Source: an uncultured Chloroflexia bacterium (GTDB lineage Bacteria; Chloroflexota; Limnocylindria; Limnocylindrales; CSP1-4). Taken from it: 64,000 nucleotides of DNA. Below the pieces are notes generated by a model. That model was not told the origin of the DNA, searched no databases, and was given only the letters and a program-made list of their open reading frames with translations. The stretch covers positions 168,913-232,912 of the forward strand of contig CAVTNH010000012.1 in the NCBI GenBank assembly GCA_963736025.1, given 5' to 3'. Within the stretch, counting starts at the first letter, position 1, and every line of letters starts with the position of its first letter. Shown in pieces: positions 26,141-40,014 of this stretch. The translations under genes and the position numbers were made by a program.

Positions 26141-27716
26141 ATGACCCCCGACATCATTCTCCTGACCGGGACGATCGTGGTCGCCGTGCTGGCCGTGGTC
26201 GTAGGCCTGTTTCGGGCTGTCCTGGAGCGACGGCGCGGGCCGCTCTGGGAGCAGTACCGGTCCCGTCGGATCGATCCGCAGCGCCTTGAGCGCGCGGTCC
26301 CGGGCCCGACGCCCGAAGACAGCACGGTTCGCGCGCTCGAGCGGCAGGCGCCCGCGATGGGATCGCGGCCGGCGTTCGCCGCCCTCGGCGCCTCCTATGC
26401 GGCGGAGCCGGTCGACGCGGATATCGAGGACGCAGGCGCGTCGCCCGCGCACGCGTACCCTTACGCGTACGCGAGGGAGTCGGACGAGCCCGACGCCGAG
26501 ATCGGGTCCGCGGTGGCCGCGTCCGCGGCGGTCGCGTCCGCCGTGCTCGAGCCCGAGGCGCCGATCGAGCCAGAAGTCGTCGAAGCCGACCTGGCCACGG
26601 CCGAGTCCGTCACGACCGAGCCGGACGCAGACGAGTCCGACACAGCGATCCCGGAGCCCGAGGCGGAGCCGGAGTCCGAGCCCGGCCTCTCGGAGGCTGC
26701 CATGGCCGAGCTCGGGATCGTCGCGACCCGCAAGCGACCGGCCGGCAAGCGCGGATCGGCCCCGCCTGTCGAAGAGCCCGTCGAGACGGCCGAGCCCGAG
26801 ACCGTCGAGCCTGCCGCGGCCTCGGCCGGGCTGGTCGACGAGCCCGCCGAGCGAGCCAGCGGCCGCCTCGGCCGAGCCGGTGCCGTTGTTCCTGCCCGGC
26901 ACCTACACGGTCGGTGCCGCCGACCACGAGGAGCCTGCGATCAAGCGGGACGACGCGCCCGCCACCGCGGCTCGGGCTGCCGCCATGACGGCCGGGTACG
27001 CGCCAACGGCCCGCGCGGTCTTCGTGCCGCCCCCGCCGGATGTCATCGAGGACGAACTCGCGTACCGGATCGGCGTCCGCGGCGCGCGGCGGCCATCGCA
27101 ATCGATGGCGGTCGAGGCCGCCGACGGACCCGAGGCGCTCGCCCCGGTCCTGCCGACGGTCGAGACGGAGAGCTGGCCGGAAAGGCGGAGCAGGCGTCGT
27201 CGACGCGCGGCAATCGGCATGACCACTATCGCCGCAGCCGTCGTGTTGGCGGTCGGTGCCAGCACGCTGCCAAGCCTGCTCGAACAGGGCGGCGTCCTGG
27301 GCGAGACCGGTCAGCCGCGCGCGTCGGCTGCGGGCGGTGTCGCTCTCGAGACACCAGGCCAGTCGCTGCCGCCCGCCACGGGCCAGCCGACACTGTCGCC
27401 AGAACCACATGCCTCTCCGTCGTCGGCCGCGCCGAGCCCGTCGCCGTCCGCGTCCGTCACGCCCCGGCCGACGCGCAACGCGGTCCGCCCGCCGATCGCC
27501 AGGTTCGACTGCACCAGCGTCGGCTTGGTCCTGACATGCGATGGGTCCAAGTCGAGCGGCGCCACCGCCTACGCGTGGGACTTCGGAGAGGGCTCGAAGG
27601 AGTCCGGCGTGACGGCGTCCCACACCTACACGTCGTCGGGCAGTTACCTCGTCACGCTCGTGGTGACCGGCCAGTCGGGGTCGACCTCCAGATCCCAGTC
27701 GTTCATCGTCCCGTAG
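26141..27716 (+). CDS. Membrane-anchored acidic Glu/Pro/Ala-rich protein with a second TM, Ser/Pro linker and C-terminal PKD domain; frameshift near 26850
   Basis: N-terminal TM (IILLTGTIVVAVLAVVVGLF), then a long low-complexity acidic region. RRSRRRRRAAIGMTTIAAAVVLAVG is a second TM. PKD domain FDCTSVGLVLTCDGS...WDFGEG...HTYTSSGSYLVTLVV. Confidence 0.6.
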
Positions 27717-27721
27717 CCGGC

Positions 27722-27769
27722 GGCGGCGACGGGCGGGTCGATATCGACGGGTTCGTCGTGCTGCGGTAG
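27722..27769 (+). repeat. 48-bp near-identical copy of the 3' end of the downstream gene (29558-29605)
   Basis: ggcgacgggcgggtcgaTatcgacgggttcgtcgtGctgcgGtag versus ggcgacgggcgggtcgaCatcgacgggttcgtcgtCctgcgCtga. Both encode GDGRVDIDGFVVLR*. Confidence 0.8.
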
Positions 27770-27814
27770 GCTGCCGATCCGGTCGTATTCAAACAGGCCC
27801 GATGGGGGGAACTC

Positions 27815-29605
27815 TTGCGAATCCGACGTCGCGCATCCGCCGCGCTGCTCGTCGTGCTCGTCGCCTCGCTGGCGACGCCCGCGGGCGTGTTCGCCGCGGT
27901 CCCGGTCGCGAACGACGATCCAGGTATAGCCTGTGGCGGCGGGAATTTCGGCGGCGCCTTCCCGATCCCCGAGGACTACCGCGTCGCCGGCCCCTACGGT
28001 GAATGGTTCACCATCATGGGCACATGCTCCCTCCTCGGGAATGACACGGACGCCGACGGCGACGCGCTGACGTACGAGTTCGTCACGGCGCCTGCGCATG
28101 GGCAGGTCCTCAAGATCGACGAGAACGGGTTCGCCTACCAGGTCGAGCCTGACTACAGCACGATCGCGGGTGACCAGCCCGGTGGCAACTGGGTCTCGGA
28201 TAGCTTCACCTATCACGCCTGCGACGCGACGGATTGCTCGGCTCCGGCCACGATGCGTTTCTGGATCGCGCCGGTCAACGATCCGCCCACATTCACGGGT
28301 GGGCCGTCGTTCATCGAGGTCGACGAGGACAGCGGTCCGTACAGCGCGCCATGGGCAAGTGCGATCTCGCCTGGACCGCCAAGCGAATCCGCGCAGACGG
28401 TCCACTTCGAGCGTCTCGGTCGACACGCACGGCTTGCGCGACTTGTTCACGGTCGAGCCCGCCATCTCCTCGAGCGGTGCCCTGACCTTCACGGCTGGCC
28501 CTGACCAGTACGGTCTCGCCGACGTCACGGTCCGCGCCAAGGACGACGGCGGGCTGGAGAACTACCGCGTCCCGGGCTTGCTCGTTCAGCCGGACGACAC
28601 GAGCGACGAGGTCACGTTCGAGATCGTGGTCTATCCGGTCGATGAACCTCCGAATCACGCCCCCGTCGCCGACGACGAGACGCTCACCGTCGACGAGGAT
28701 GCCGGGCCGACCACCGTGCCGGTCCTCGATGGGGACGTCGACCCCGACGGCGACGCACTCGAGATCCTGTCGGCGAGCGATCCGTTGCACGGCACGGTCG
28801 AGGTCTCAGGCGACGGCTCGGGACTGACCTACGAGCCCGACCCGGGCTATCACGGCCCGGATTCGTTCACCTACACGATCAGCGATGGGTCCGACACCGA
28901 TACGGCGACAGTCAGCGTCACTGTCGTCCCCCACCCGGGACCTCCTCGTGACGCAACGCCACCGTGGTCACGGCCCCGATCGCGCGATGGGTCGGGCAGA
29001 CGGTCGCGACTGGGACGACGACGGCGCGGATCAGCTGGGGCGCGACGGACGCTGGCTCCGGCGTCATGAGCTACAAGCTCCAATCCAGCGTCGATGGGGC
29101 CGGCTGGAAGACGATCGCCACCTCATCGGCGACCACGACGTCGATCGACCGGAATCTCAAGACGGGCCACGCATATCAGTTCCGAGTCCGCGCCACCGAC
29201 GGCGAGGGCAACGTCAGCTCGTACGCGACTGGTGCCTCGCTGACCCCTGTCCGGTACTCGGAGGCGAGCGCTCGGATGACGTACCTCGGTGCCTGGAAGA
29301 AGACGACGTCGCCGAAGGCACTTGGCGGCGCAGCGCGCCACGCGACCGCCTCCACGAAGCGAGCGACGTTCCATTTCACGGGCTACGACGTGGGCTGGAT
29401 CGCCACGCGAACCACGTCAAGTGGCAAGGCCCGGATCTTCATCGACGGGATCCTCGTCGGGACCGTGGACCTCGACCGCGCCAGCACTGTCTACCGGAAG
29501 CTGGTCTTCGCCCGCCACTTCGCCACGCTCGCGGCCCACGACCTGGAGATCCAGCCGGTCGGCGACGGGCGGGTCGACATCGACGGGTTCGTCGTCCTGC
29601 GCTGA
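27815..29605 (+). CDS. Secreted cell-surface protein with cadherin-like/VCBS repeats, an FN3-like domain and a C-terminal beta-sandwich domain ending GDGRVDIDGFVVLR; frameshifts near 28410 and 28950
   Basis: Signal peptide MRIRRRASAALLVVLVASLATPAGVFA. Repeats VANDDP, VNDPPTF and VDEPPNHAPVADDETLTVDEDAG...DGDALE. FN3-like block TARISWGATDAGSGVMSYKLQSS...YQFRVRATD. Confidence 0.6.
29558..29605 (+). repeat. Second copy of the 48-bp repeat (3' end of the surface-protein gene)
   Basis: See the entry at 27722-27769. Confidence 0.8.
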
Positions 29606-29704
29606 CCGCGTGGAACCGGCCGATCGCGGCCCGAAGGTTGCGGGACGGTCGCGGCGACCCGGCGGTCGCCTCTGATATACTTCGGCCGCCTTGATAGGTC
29701 GCCC

Positions 29705-29926
29705 ATGAACGAGCCTGTCCGAGGGATGGCCTACGTCGCCCTCTTCTCGGAGATCGGCGTCTCACTCCTGGTGACGACACTGCTCGGCGTGCTGGTCGGC
29801 CGTTGGGTCGATGGGCAACTCGGGACCCTCCCGGTCTTCACGTTGGTCGGCTTCTTCGCCGGCGCCGGGGCCGGGACCCTGATGATCTACAGACTGGTCA
29901 GCCGGTTCCTGAAGACGATCGAATAG
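29705..29926 (+). CDS. atpZ: AtpZ/AtpI-like small 2-TM membrane protein preceding the ATP synthase operon
   Basis: 73 aa with two hydrophobic helices (GVSLLVTTLLGVLVG, VFTLVGFFAGAGAG); position immediately upstream of atpB. Confidence 0.6.
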   Translation: MNEPVRGMAYVALFSEIGVSLLVTTLLGVLVGRWVDGQLGTLPVFTLVGFFAGAGAGTLMIYRLVSRFLKTIE

Positions 29927-29999
29927 CCGGTCTCCTTCGCGACCGGTCAGGGAGGATGCGAGCGCGGCGTCGAGCCGCGCTCCTGTGTGTGGAGCAAGC

Positions 30000-31037
30000 G
30001 TGTCGAGCGAGCAGGTCGTGACCGACGAGGTCCCCCAGGCCCCCGAACCGCAGCCGAAGCGCGGTCGCGGGCTCTCGGCGCGCTGGTTCACGCTCATCGG
30101 CCTGGTGATCGTCCTGAACATCGTGGCGCTCATCTTCGTGCCGCCGTTCCCGCGTGAAGGCGCCCCGGGAGACGCGTGCGCCTTCCCCGTCTGCTTCATC
30201 GAGGGCACGCTCGAGTTCCCCGCGCCCCACGTCGTCTGGGCGCCCGAGGGCTCGACGCCGCCGCCGGCCAGCGCGCTCATCGCGTTCTACCCGAGCATCA
30301 GCTCGACGATCCTGACGATGTGGATCGTCATGGCGGTCGTGGCCATCGGCTCCTTCCTGATGGTCCGTGGCTCCAAGCTCATCCCCGGCCGCGGCCAGAA
30401 CGTCTTCGAGTGGTTCTACGAGTTCCTGAGCGACTTCGGCCTTGGCATCGCCGGCCCGGCCGCCCGGCCGTACATACCGCTGTTCGTCGCGTTCTTCCTG
30501 CTCATCCTGTTCTCCAACTGGAGCGGGCTGATCCCGCCGGTCGGTCGGGTCGAGGAGCTGCGCGCCCCGACGAGCGACGTCAACATCACGCTCGGCCTGG
30601 CGCTCGTCAGCTTCGTCTACTTCGAATTCCAGGGATTCCGACGCCTCGGGGTCCGTGGCTATCTCTCGAAGTTCTTCCCGGTCTATGAATTCAAGAACGG
30701 GATCGGCGCCGGGGGCATCGCGATGTTCGTGGGCCTCGTCGAGCTCATGCTCGAGTTCGTCAAGCCCGTGACGCTCTCGATGCGACTCTTCGGCAACATC
30801 TACGGCGGCGAGGTCGCGCTGGGCGTGATCACCGCCCTTACCATCGCGATCATCCCCGTCGGCCTGCTCGGCCTCGAGGTCATGTTGAACGCGATCCAGG
30901 CGCTCATCTTCAGCATCCTGACGCTCATGTTCATCGTGCTCGCGATCGAGAGCCACGACCACGAGGAAGGCCACATGGCCGAGGAGGCGATCGACGCCAT
31001 CGATGGCGAGGGGCGCCAGCTCCAGCCAGCCCACTGA
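30000..31037 (+). CDS. atpB: F0F1 ATP synthase subunit a
   Basis: LSMRLFGNIYGGE with the essential Arg. GTG start with GGAG ribosome-binding site. N-terminal extension relative to typical subunit a. Confidence 0.9.
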   Translation: MSSEQVVTDEVPQAPEPQPKRGRGLSARWFTLIGLVIVLNIVALIFVPPFPREGAPGDACAFPVCFIEGTLEFPAPHVVWAPEGSTPPPASALIAFYPSISSTILTMWIVMAVVAIGSFLMVRGSKLIPGRGQNVFEWFYEFLSDFGLGIAGPAARPYIPLFVAFFLLILFSNWSGLIPPVGRVEELRAPTSDVNITLGLALVSFVYFEFQGFRRLGVRGYLSKFFPVYEFKNGIGAGGIAMFVGLVELMLEFVKPVTLSMRLFGNIYGGEVALGVITALTIAIIPVGLLGLEVMLNAIQALIFSILTLMFIVLAIESHDHEEGHMAEEAIDAIDGEGRQLQPAH

Positions 31038-31116
31038 AGCACGGCGCCCATCGGCGCCACCACCACGGTCCCAATGAACCCAGGCCGCCCGCCTGGGAGT
31101 AGGAGGAACACACGAC

Positions 31117-31338
31117 ATGGATTACACAGGCGCCGGACTCGCAGCCCTTGGCGTGATCGGTCCGGGCATCGGCATCGGGATCCTCGGCGGCCTGGCCGCC
31201 ACCGCGATCGGTCGCAACCCCGACGCGGCCGGACAGATCCGCGGCATCGCGATCATCCTCGCTGCGTTCGCCGAGGGCCTCGGCGTCCTCGCGATCGTCG
31301 TCGGCCTGCTCGCGATCTTCATCCAGCCGACCACGTAG
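31117..31338 (+). CDS. atpE: F0F1 ATP synthase subunit c
   Basis: GIGIGILGG...FAEGLGVLAIVVGLL hairpin proteolipid. Confidence 0.95.
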   Translation: MDYTGAGLAALGVIGPGIGIGILGGLAATAIGRNPDAAGQIRGIAIILAAFAEGLGVLAIVVGLLAIFIQPTT

Positions 31339-31362
31339 TCGGACCGGGACGGAGTAGGCAAC

Positions 31363-31932
31363 GTGGACATCCTGGCCGTCGCGTCCGGAGTCGGTCGAGA
31401 CACCATCCAGCTGGCCGCGGAAGAGGGTGCGGCGCTGTTCCAGATCAACCTGTTCTGGGTGATCGTCAGCGCGCTGAACTTCATCCTCTTCTTCGCGATC
31501 ATCTGGGCGTTCGCGCTGAAGCCGGTCTCGAGGATGCTCTCTGAACGCAAGGAGAAGATCGAGCAGGGCCTCAAGGACGCCGAACAGGCGCGCCGTGACC
31601 GCGAGAACGCGGAGACGGAGCGCGTGGCCGCGCTGACCGAGGCTCGGCGCGAGGCCAACGAGATCATCAACCGCGCCCAGAAGGTCGCCCAGGAGACCCG
31701 CGACGCGGACATCGCCGCGACGCGGGAAGAGCTGGAGCGCATTCGCGTGCGAGCGGCCTCCGATATCGAGGCCGAGAAGCAGCGGGCGATCGGCGAGTTG
31801 CGCGCGGAAGTCGCCGACCTGGCCCTCGCGGCCGCCAGTCGCGTGGTCGGCGAATCGATGAACGACGACCGACAGCGCCGCCTCGTCGAGGAGTTCCTGA
31901 AAGAGGCGGCCGTGGACGGGTCGAAGAACTGA
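31363..31932 (+). CDS. atpF: F0F1 ATP synthase subunit b
   Basis: Single N-terminal TM plus long charged coiled coil; operon position. Confidence 0.85.
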   Translation: MDILAVASGVGRDTIQLAAEEGAALFQINLFWVIVSALNFILFFAIIWAFALKPVSRMLSERKEKIEQGLKDAEQARRDRENAETERVAALTEARREANEIINRAQKVAQETRDADIAATREELERIRVRAASDIEAEKQRAIGELRAEVADLALAAASRVVGESMNDDRQRRLVEEFLKEAAVDGSKN

Positions 31933-32480
31933 TGGCCGCCCGCCGGGACACGGCCGCACGACGCTACGCGGAGGCCGCGTCCGAGATCGCGATGCGCGAC
32001 GGGACCGTCGAGGTGTGGCGCTCGGAGCTCGACATGGCCGGCGCCGTCGTCGAGGACCCCGCGGTCGCGCGGATCCTCGCCAATCCGGCGGTCGCGCTCG
32101 AGAGCCGTGACGCGATGGTCGACTCGGCGATCGGCTCGATCGTCTCGGGCCCGGTCCTCAACCTCGTCAAGCTCATGCTCCGGCGCGGCCGGATCGAACA
32201 ACTGCCCCAGGTCGCGGCGGAGTTCCGCCGCCTCGACAACGCCCGTCAGGGCATCGTGCCCGCCACCGCAACGTCGGCCACCCCGCTCAGTCAGGACGAG
32301 GTCCGCGCCCTGGTGGCCCGGCTCGAACAGATGACCGGCGCTCGCATCGAGCTCGATCTCCAGGTCGATCCCAGCCTGCTGGGTGGCCTGATGGTCCGCG
32401 TCGGCGATCGCATGATCGACGGGAGCGTCCGAGGCCGCCTCGAGCGGCTGCGCAACCAGCTCGTCTCAGGCGCCCTCTAG
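31932..32480 (+). CDS. atpH: F0F1 ATP synthase subunit delta
   Basis: OSCP-like protein, position between atpF and atpA. Confidence 0.85.
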   Translation: MAARRDTAARRYAEAASEIAMRDGTVEVWRSELDMAGAVVEDPAVARILANPAVALESRDAMVDSAIGSIVSGPVLNLVKLMLRRGRIEQLPQVAAEFRRLDNARQGIVPATATSATPLSQDEVRALVARLEQMTGARIELDLQVDPSLLGGLMVRVGDRMIDGSVRGRLERLRNQLVSGAL

Positions 32481-32492
32481 GAGACTCCGCAC

Positions 32493-34025
<1,533 letters not shown>

Positions 34026-34057
34026 CGCCCCGCGCGCGAGGCCGCTAAGGACGACCC

Positions 34058-34909
34058 ATGGCATCTCAACGTGACATCCGGCGCCGCATCGGCGCCGTCA
34101 AGAACATCAAGCAGATCACGCGGGCGATGCAGTTCGTCGCGGCGTCGAAGCTCAAGCGCGCCCAGGACGCGACGCTCGCGGCGCGGCCCTACAGCGAGAA
34201 GCTCGACGAGGTCCTGGCCGACCTCGCGTCGGTCCTCGGTGGCGAGGACCACCCGCTGCTGGCGACCCCGGAGGGCGGCAAGCGCCTGGTCGTGCTCATC
34301 ACGACGGACCGCCCGCTGTCCGGACCGCTGAACACCAACATCGTGCGGTTCGTGTCCCGCGACATCATCGACAAGTCCGACGATCTCGCCCTGATCACCG
34401 TCGGGCGCAAGGGACGCGACGCCATGCGCCGCTCCGGCGTCCCCATCGAGGCCCACTTCCCGACCTTCGGCGATCGCCCGACCTTCGCCGACGTCCTGCC
34501 GCTGGCCCGCCTCGTCACCGACGACTTCCTCGCCCGCACGTACACGCGCGTGGACGTGGTGTTCAGCCGCTTCGTGTCGACGCTGGTCCAGCGTCCCGAG
34601 AAGCTCACGATCCTGCCGATCGAGCCGTCGGAGGACACCGAGGGCATCCCCGGCAACCAGTTCATCTTCGAACCGAACGCGTCGGCCGTGCTGGAGCGAC
34701 TGCTCCCGCGCTACGTCGCGACGCGCCTGTACCAGGCCGTCCTCGAGGCCAAGGCAAGCGAGGAGTCCAGCCGCATGGTCGCGATGAAGAACGCGACCGA
34801 GAACGCCGAAGACCTCATCGAGGACCTGACGATCTCCTACAACAAGGTCCGTCAGTCGAATATCACCCGCGAGATGATCGAGATCGCGTCCGGCGCCGAC
34901 GCCCGCTGA
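34058..34909 (+). CDS. atpG: F0F1 ATP synthase subunit gamma
   Basis: IKNIKQITRAMQFVAASKLKRAQ N-terminus; C-terminal EIASGA. Confidence 0.95.
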   Translation: MASQRDIRRRIGAVKNIKQITRAMQFVAASKLKRAQDATLAARPYSEKLDEVLADLASVLGGEDHPLLATPEGGKRLVVLITTDRPLSGPLNTNIVRFVSRDIIDKSDDLALITVGRKGRDAMRRSGVPIEAHFPTFGDRPTFADVLPLARLVTDDFLARTYTRVDVVFSRFVSTLVQRPEKLTILPIEPSEDTEGIPGNQFIFEPNASAVLERLLPRYVATRLYQAVLEAKASEESSRMVAMKNATENAEDLIEDLTISYNKVRQSNITREMIEIASGADAR

Positions 34910-36352
<1,443 letters not shown>

Positions 36353-36355
36353 CCC

Positions 36356-36784
36356 ATGCCCCTGCAGCTCGAGATCGTCACGCCGGAGCGGCTCGCCTAC
36401 TCGGACACGGTCGATGCGGTCGTCCTGCCCGGCAGCGAGGGCGAGCTCGGCGTCCTGCCGCACCACGCCCCGCTGGTCACGATGCTGGGCGTCGGTGAGC
36501 TGCGCATCCGCAAGGGCGGCGTCGAGGAGTCGTTCGCCATCGTCGGCGGCTTCCTGCAGGTCCGGCCGGACAAGGTGGTCGTGATGGCCGAGACGGCCGA
36601 CATGGCGAGCGAGATCGACCTCGAGAAGGCCCAGGAGGCGCGCAAGGAGGCCGAACGCGCGCTCGGGGAGACCAGCGGCGAACCCGCCGACCTGGCCCGG
36701 GCCCGCGCCCAGCTCCAGACGGCCCTGCTCCGGATACGCGTTGCCGAACGTCGTCACCGCGAGGGTCCGCGACACCGCGGGTGA
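36356..36784 (+). CDS. atpC: F0F1 ATP synthase subunit epsilon
   Basis: LEIVTPERLAYSDTVDAVVLPGSEGELGVLPHHAPL. Confidence 0.9.
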   Translation: MPLQLEIVTPERLAYSDTVDAVVLPGSEGELGVLPHHAPLVTMLGVGELRIRKGGVEESFAIVGGFLQVRPDKVVVMAETADMASEIDLEKAQEARKEAERALGETSGEPADLARARAQLQTALLRIRVAERRHREGPRHRG

Positions 36785-36936
36785 CGGTCGTGCCGACGAA
36801 CAACGGGACCGCCGCGGCGCTCGCCCAGGCCGGCGTTGGCGCCTCCGCCGCTCACTCACGCACGTTGGAGTGCGCTCGTTCGCGTGCTCGGCGCCGCCTT
36901 GGCCTGAGCGGCGGCGCGGCGGCTTCGCGATTGTCC

Positions 36937-38283
36937 ATGGCTGACGCTCGACCGTTCCACTGGGAGTACCGGCCGGAACCAGTGGCCCGGGAGCTCTTCC
37001 GCGTCGAGGGTGGCCGGCCACTCGGCGGCACGGTGCCCATCAGCGGCGCGAAGAACGCCGCGCTCAAGCTGATGGCCGCGGCCACGCTGACCGGCGAGCG
37101 CTGCCGGCTGACGAACGTGCCGGACATCGAGGACGTGCGTGTCCTCGCCGACACCCTGCGCGACCTCGGCGTGGTCGTCGACCGGACCGAGCCGAACACG
37201 TACGAGATCGCCTCGGGCGACGTCGAGTGGCTGTTCGTGCCGCTCGAGGCCGCGGCCAAGATGCGCGCGAGCTTCATCCTGCTCGGCCCGCTCCTGACCC
37301 GGTTCGGGCGGGTCATCATCAGCAACCCGGGCGGCGACCGGATCGGCCGTCGGCCGGTGGACCTCCACGTCGAGGCCATGCGGTCGCTGGGCGCCTCGAT
37401 CGACTACCGCAACGGCTACTACTTCGCGACCTCGCCGGGCCGCCTGCGCGGGGCCGAGGTCACCTTCCCGTTCGTGTCGGTCATGGGCACGGAGAACGCG
37501 ATGCTCGCCGCGACGCTCGCGGAGGGCCACACCGTCATCCGCCCGGCGGCCCAGGAGCCCGAGGTGGACGACCTCATCGAGTTCCTGTGCGCGATGGGCG
37601 CGGCGGTCGAGCGGACTGCGCCCGACACGATCGAGATCGAGGGTCGCAAGCGCCTGCGCGGCGCGGAGCACCGGGTCGTGCCCGACCGGATCGAAGCCGG
37701 GACGTTCATCGTGGCGGCAGCCGTCACCGGCGGGCGGGTGACCCTGGAGGGAGCGCCCTGCGACCACCTCGGGGAGTTCCTGGACGCGGTGTCACGGGTC
37801 GGGGTCGGGATCACCTGCGGCACGGACACGATCGAGGTCGACGGGACCGCGCTGCGCGGCGCCGGCTACCGGGCGACCGACGTGGTGACGGCCCCGTATC
37901 CGGGCCTCGCCACCGACCTCCAGCCCGCGACGTGCGTGCTGCTGACGCAGGCCCACGGCACGTCGCACGTCCACGAGGCGATCTTCGAGGACCGCCTGGA
38001 GTGGCTGACCGAGGCCCGCAAGATGGGCGTCGTCGCCGATGCGCAGGACGCCCAGCACGCGACGATCACCGGTCCCGCCGCGTTGCGTGGAGCCGAGGTC
38101 GAGATCGGCGATCTGCGCGCCGGCGCCTCGCTGATCCTGGCCGCGCTGGCCGCCGAGGGCACCTCCACGATCCACGGCGCACACCACGTTCACCGGGGCT
38201 ATGAGAACATCGAACGGAAGTTCGTGGATCTCGGCGCCCGGATCGAGCGCCTCGCGGAAGGGACGACAGTCACCACCTCATGA
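36937..38283 (+). CDS. murA: UDP-N-acetylglucosamine 1-carboxyvinyltransferase with Asp in place of the catalytic Cys ([15 protein letters not shown])
   Basis: [10 protein letters not shown]-terminus and the enolpyruvyl transferase fold throughout. The ORF is open from 36781, but ATG 36937 fits MurA. Confidence 0.9.
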   Translation: MADARPFHWEYRPEPVARELFRVEGGRPLGGTVPISGAKNAALKLMAAATLTGERCRLTNVPDIEDVRVLADTLRDLGVVVDRTEPNTYEIASGDVEWLFVPLEAAAKMRASFILLGPLLTRFGRVIISNPGGDRIGRRPVDLHVEAMRSLGASIDYRNGYYFATSPGRLRGAEVTFPFVSVMGTENAMLAATLAEGHTVIRPAAQEPEVDDLIEFLCAMGAAVERTAPDTIEIEGRKRLRGAEHRVVPDRIEAGTFIVAAAVTGGRVTLEGAPCDHLGEFLDAVSRVGVGITCGTDTIEVDGTALRGAGYRATDVVTAPYPGLATDLQPATCVLLTQAHGTSHVHEAIFEDRLEWLTEARKMGVVADAQDAQHATITGPAALRGAEVEIGDLRAGASLILAALAAEGTSTIHGAHHVHRGYENIERKFVDLGARIERLAEGTTVTTS

Positions 38284-39278
38284 AGATCGGCATCGACCTC
38301 GGCACGGCCAACGTCCTCGTCTACGTCAAGGGCAAGGGCATCGTCATCACCGAACCCAGCGTGGTGGCCGTCTCCGACGACAACCGGATCGTGGCCGTCG
38401 GCGAAGAGGCCCGCGAGATGATCGGGCGGACGCCGGGCAACATCCAGGCCATCCGGCCGATGAAGGACGGGGTCATCGCCGACTACGTCATCACCGAGGC
38501 GATGCTGCGCTTCTTCATCGCCAAGGCCACCAAGGGTCGCATCGGGTTCAACCGGCCCGAGGTCATGATCAGCGTCCCGGCGGGGGTCACCAGCGTCGAG
38601 AAGCGAGCCGTCCGCGATGCCGCCCTCAAGGCCGGAGCGAGGGAGGCGTTCCTCATCGAGGAGCCACTGGCCGCCGCCATCGGCGCCAACGTGCCGATCA
38701 GCGGCCCGTCGGGAAACATGATCATCGACATCGGCGGCGGGACCAGCGAGATCGCGGTCATCGCGCTCGGCGGCATCGTCGTGTCGCACAGCCTGCGGGT
38801 CGGGGGCAACAAGTTCGACGAATCGATCGCGACCTACATCCGCAAGAAGTACAACCTGATGATCGGCGAGCGCACCGCCGAGGAAGTCAAGATCCAGATC
38901 GGGACGGCCCTCCCGCTCGAACGCGAGATGACGATGGAGGTCCGCGGCCGCGACCTGATCGCCGGCCTGCCGCGCACGATCCCGATCACGAGCTCCGAGG
39001 TCATGGAGGCGATCGAGGCGCCGCTCCAGCAGCTGGTGGCGGCGGTCCGCAGCGTGCTGGAGCAGACCCCGCCGGAGCTCTCGAGCGACATCATCGACAA
39101 GGGCATGGTCATGTCCGGTGGCGGCGCGCTCCTGCGCAACATCGACCGGCTCCTGACCCAGGTGACCGGCGTGCCGTGCCACGTCGCCGAAGATCCACTG
39201 AACTGCGTCGCCCTGGGGACGGGGCTGGCACTCGAGCACTTCGACTTTTTCAAGAAGTCGCTCGTCCAGCAGATCTGA
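38280..39278 (+). CDS. mreB: Rod shape-determining actin homolog MreB
   Basis: [28 protein letters not shown] and SGGGALL motifs. Confidence 0.95.
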   Translation: MKIGIDLGTANVLVYVKGKGIVITEPSVVAVSDDNRIVAVGEEAREMIGRTPGNIQAIRPMKDGVIADYVITEAMLRFFIAKATKGRIGFNRPEVMISVPAGVTSVEKRAVRDAALKAGAREAFLIEEPLAAAIGANVPISGPSGNMIIDIGGGTSEIAVIALGGIVVSHSLRVGGNKFDESIATYIRKKYNLMIGERTAEEVKIQIGTALPLEREMTMEVRGRDLIAGLPRTIPITSSEVMEAIEAPLQQLVAAVRSVLEQTPPELSSDIIDKGMVMSGGGALLRNIDRLLTQVTGVPCHVAEDPLNCVALGTGLALEHFDFFKKSLVQQI

Positions 39279-39297
39279 GCGGGCTCGCTCCCCGGTC

Positions 39298-40014
39298 ATG
39301 CGCGCGTTCATCGATCTGCACTGTCATACCGACGCCTCCTTCGACTCGTTGTCGAAGCCTCGGGATGTGGTGCGGGCGGCGACGGCTCGGGGGCTGACCC
39401 ACCTGGCGATCACCGATCACGATCGGATCGACGGGGCGCTCGCGGCCCGGGAGGCGGCTCCCGAGGGCCTGACGATCATCGTGGGCGAAGAGGTCAAGAC
39501 CGCGGACGGTGACCTCATCTGCGTCTTCCTCGAGCGCGCCATCCCGCCGGGGCTCAGCGCCATCGAGACCATCCGGGCCGCACGCGAGCAGGGTGCCCTC
39601 GTCGGGATCCCGCACCCGTTCGATCGGCTGCGCGGGTCGCTCCTGCGCGACGAGGGGATGGAGGCGATCGCACCGCTCGTCGACTGGATCGAGGGCCACA
39701 ACGCACGGCTGGTCGGCAGCGGCAACGAGCGGGCGATGGCGTTCGCGCGCGAGCAGGGACGACCGGTCGTGGCGGTCTCCGACGCCCACACGACACTCGA
39801 GGTCGCCGTCGCGTACACCGCTCTCGACGGCGACCCGTCGACGCCGGCGGGGCTGTTGGCGGCGCTCGCCTCGGCGGAACTCGTGCCCGGGCGCGCGAGC
39901 TACATCGTCCGGCTCGTCACCCCGATCGCCAAGGTCGTCCAGCGTGCCCGCGGCCGCGGCCGCATCCAGCCGGACGGGGTCGACGACAGCCGATCCGGGG
40001 AAGGTCCGCCGTGA
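39298..40014 (+). CDS. PHP-domain metal-dependent phosphoesterase
   Basis: IDLHCHTDASFDS and HLAITDHD PHP motifs. Confidence 0.8.
   Translation: MRAFIDLHCHTDASFDSLSKPRDVVRAATARGLTHLAITDHDRIDGALAAREAAPEGLTIIVGEEVKTADGDLICVFLERAIPPGLSAIETIRAAREQGALVGIPHPFDRLRGSLLRDEGMEAIAPLVDWIEGHNARLVGSGNERAMAFAREQGRPVVAVSDAHTTLEVAVAYTALDGDPSTPAGLLAALASAELVPGRASYIVRLVTPIAKVVQRARGRGRIQPDGVDDSRSGEGPP

Noticed and set aside
27190-27716. Splitting the PKD protein into two genes at the internal RRSRRRRRAAIGMTTIAAAVVL signal-anchor-like segment
   Set aside because: No stop codon separates the halves in the downstream frame. I treated it as one two-TM protein, though a split gene cannot be excluded given the frameshift upstream.
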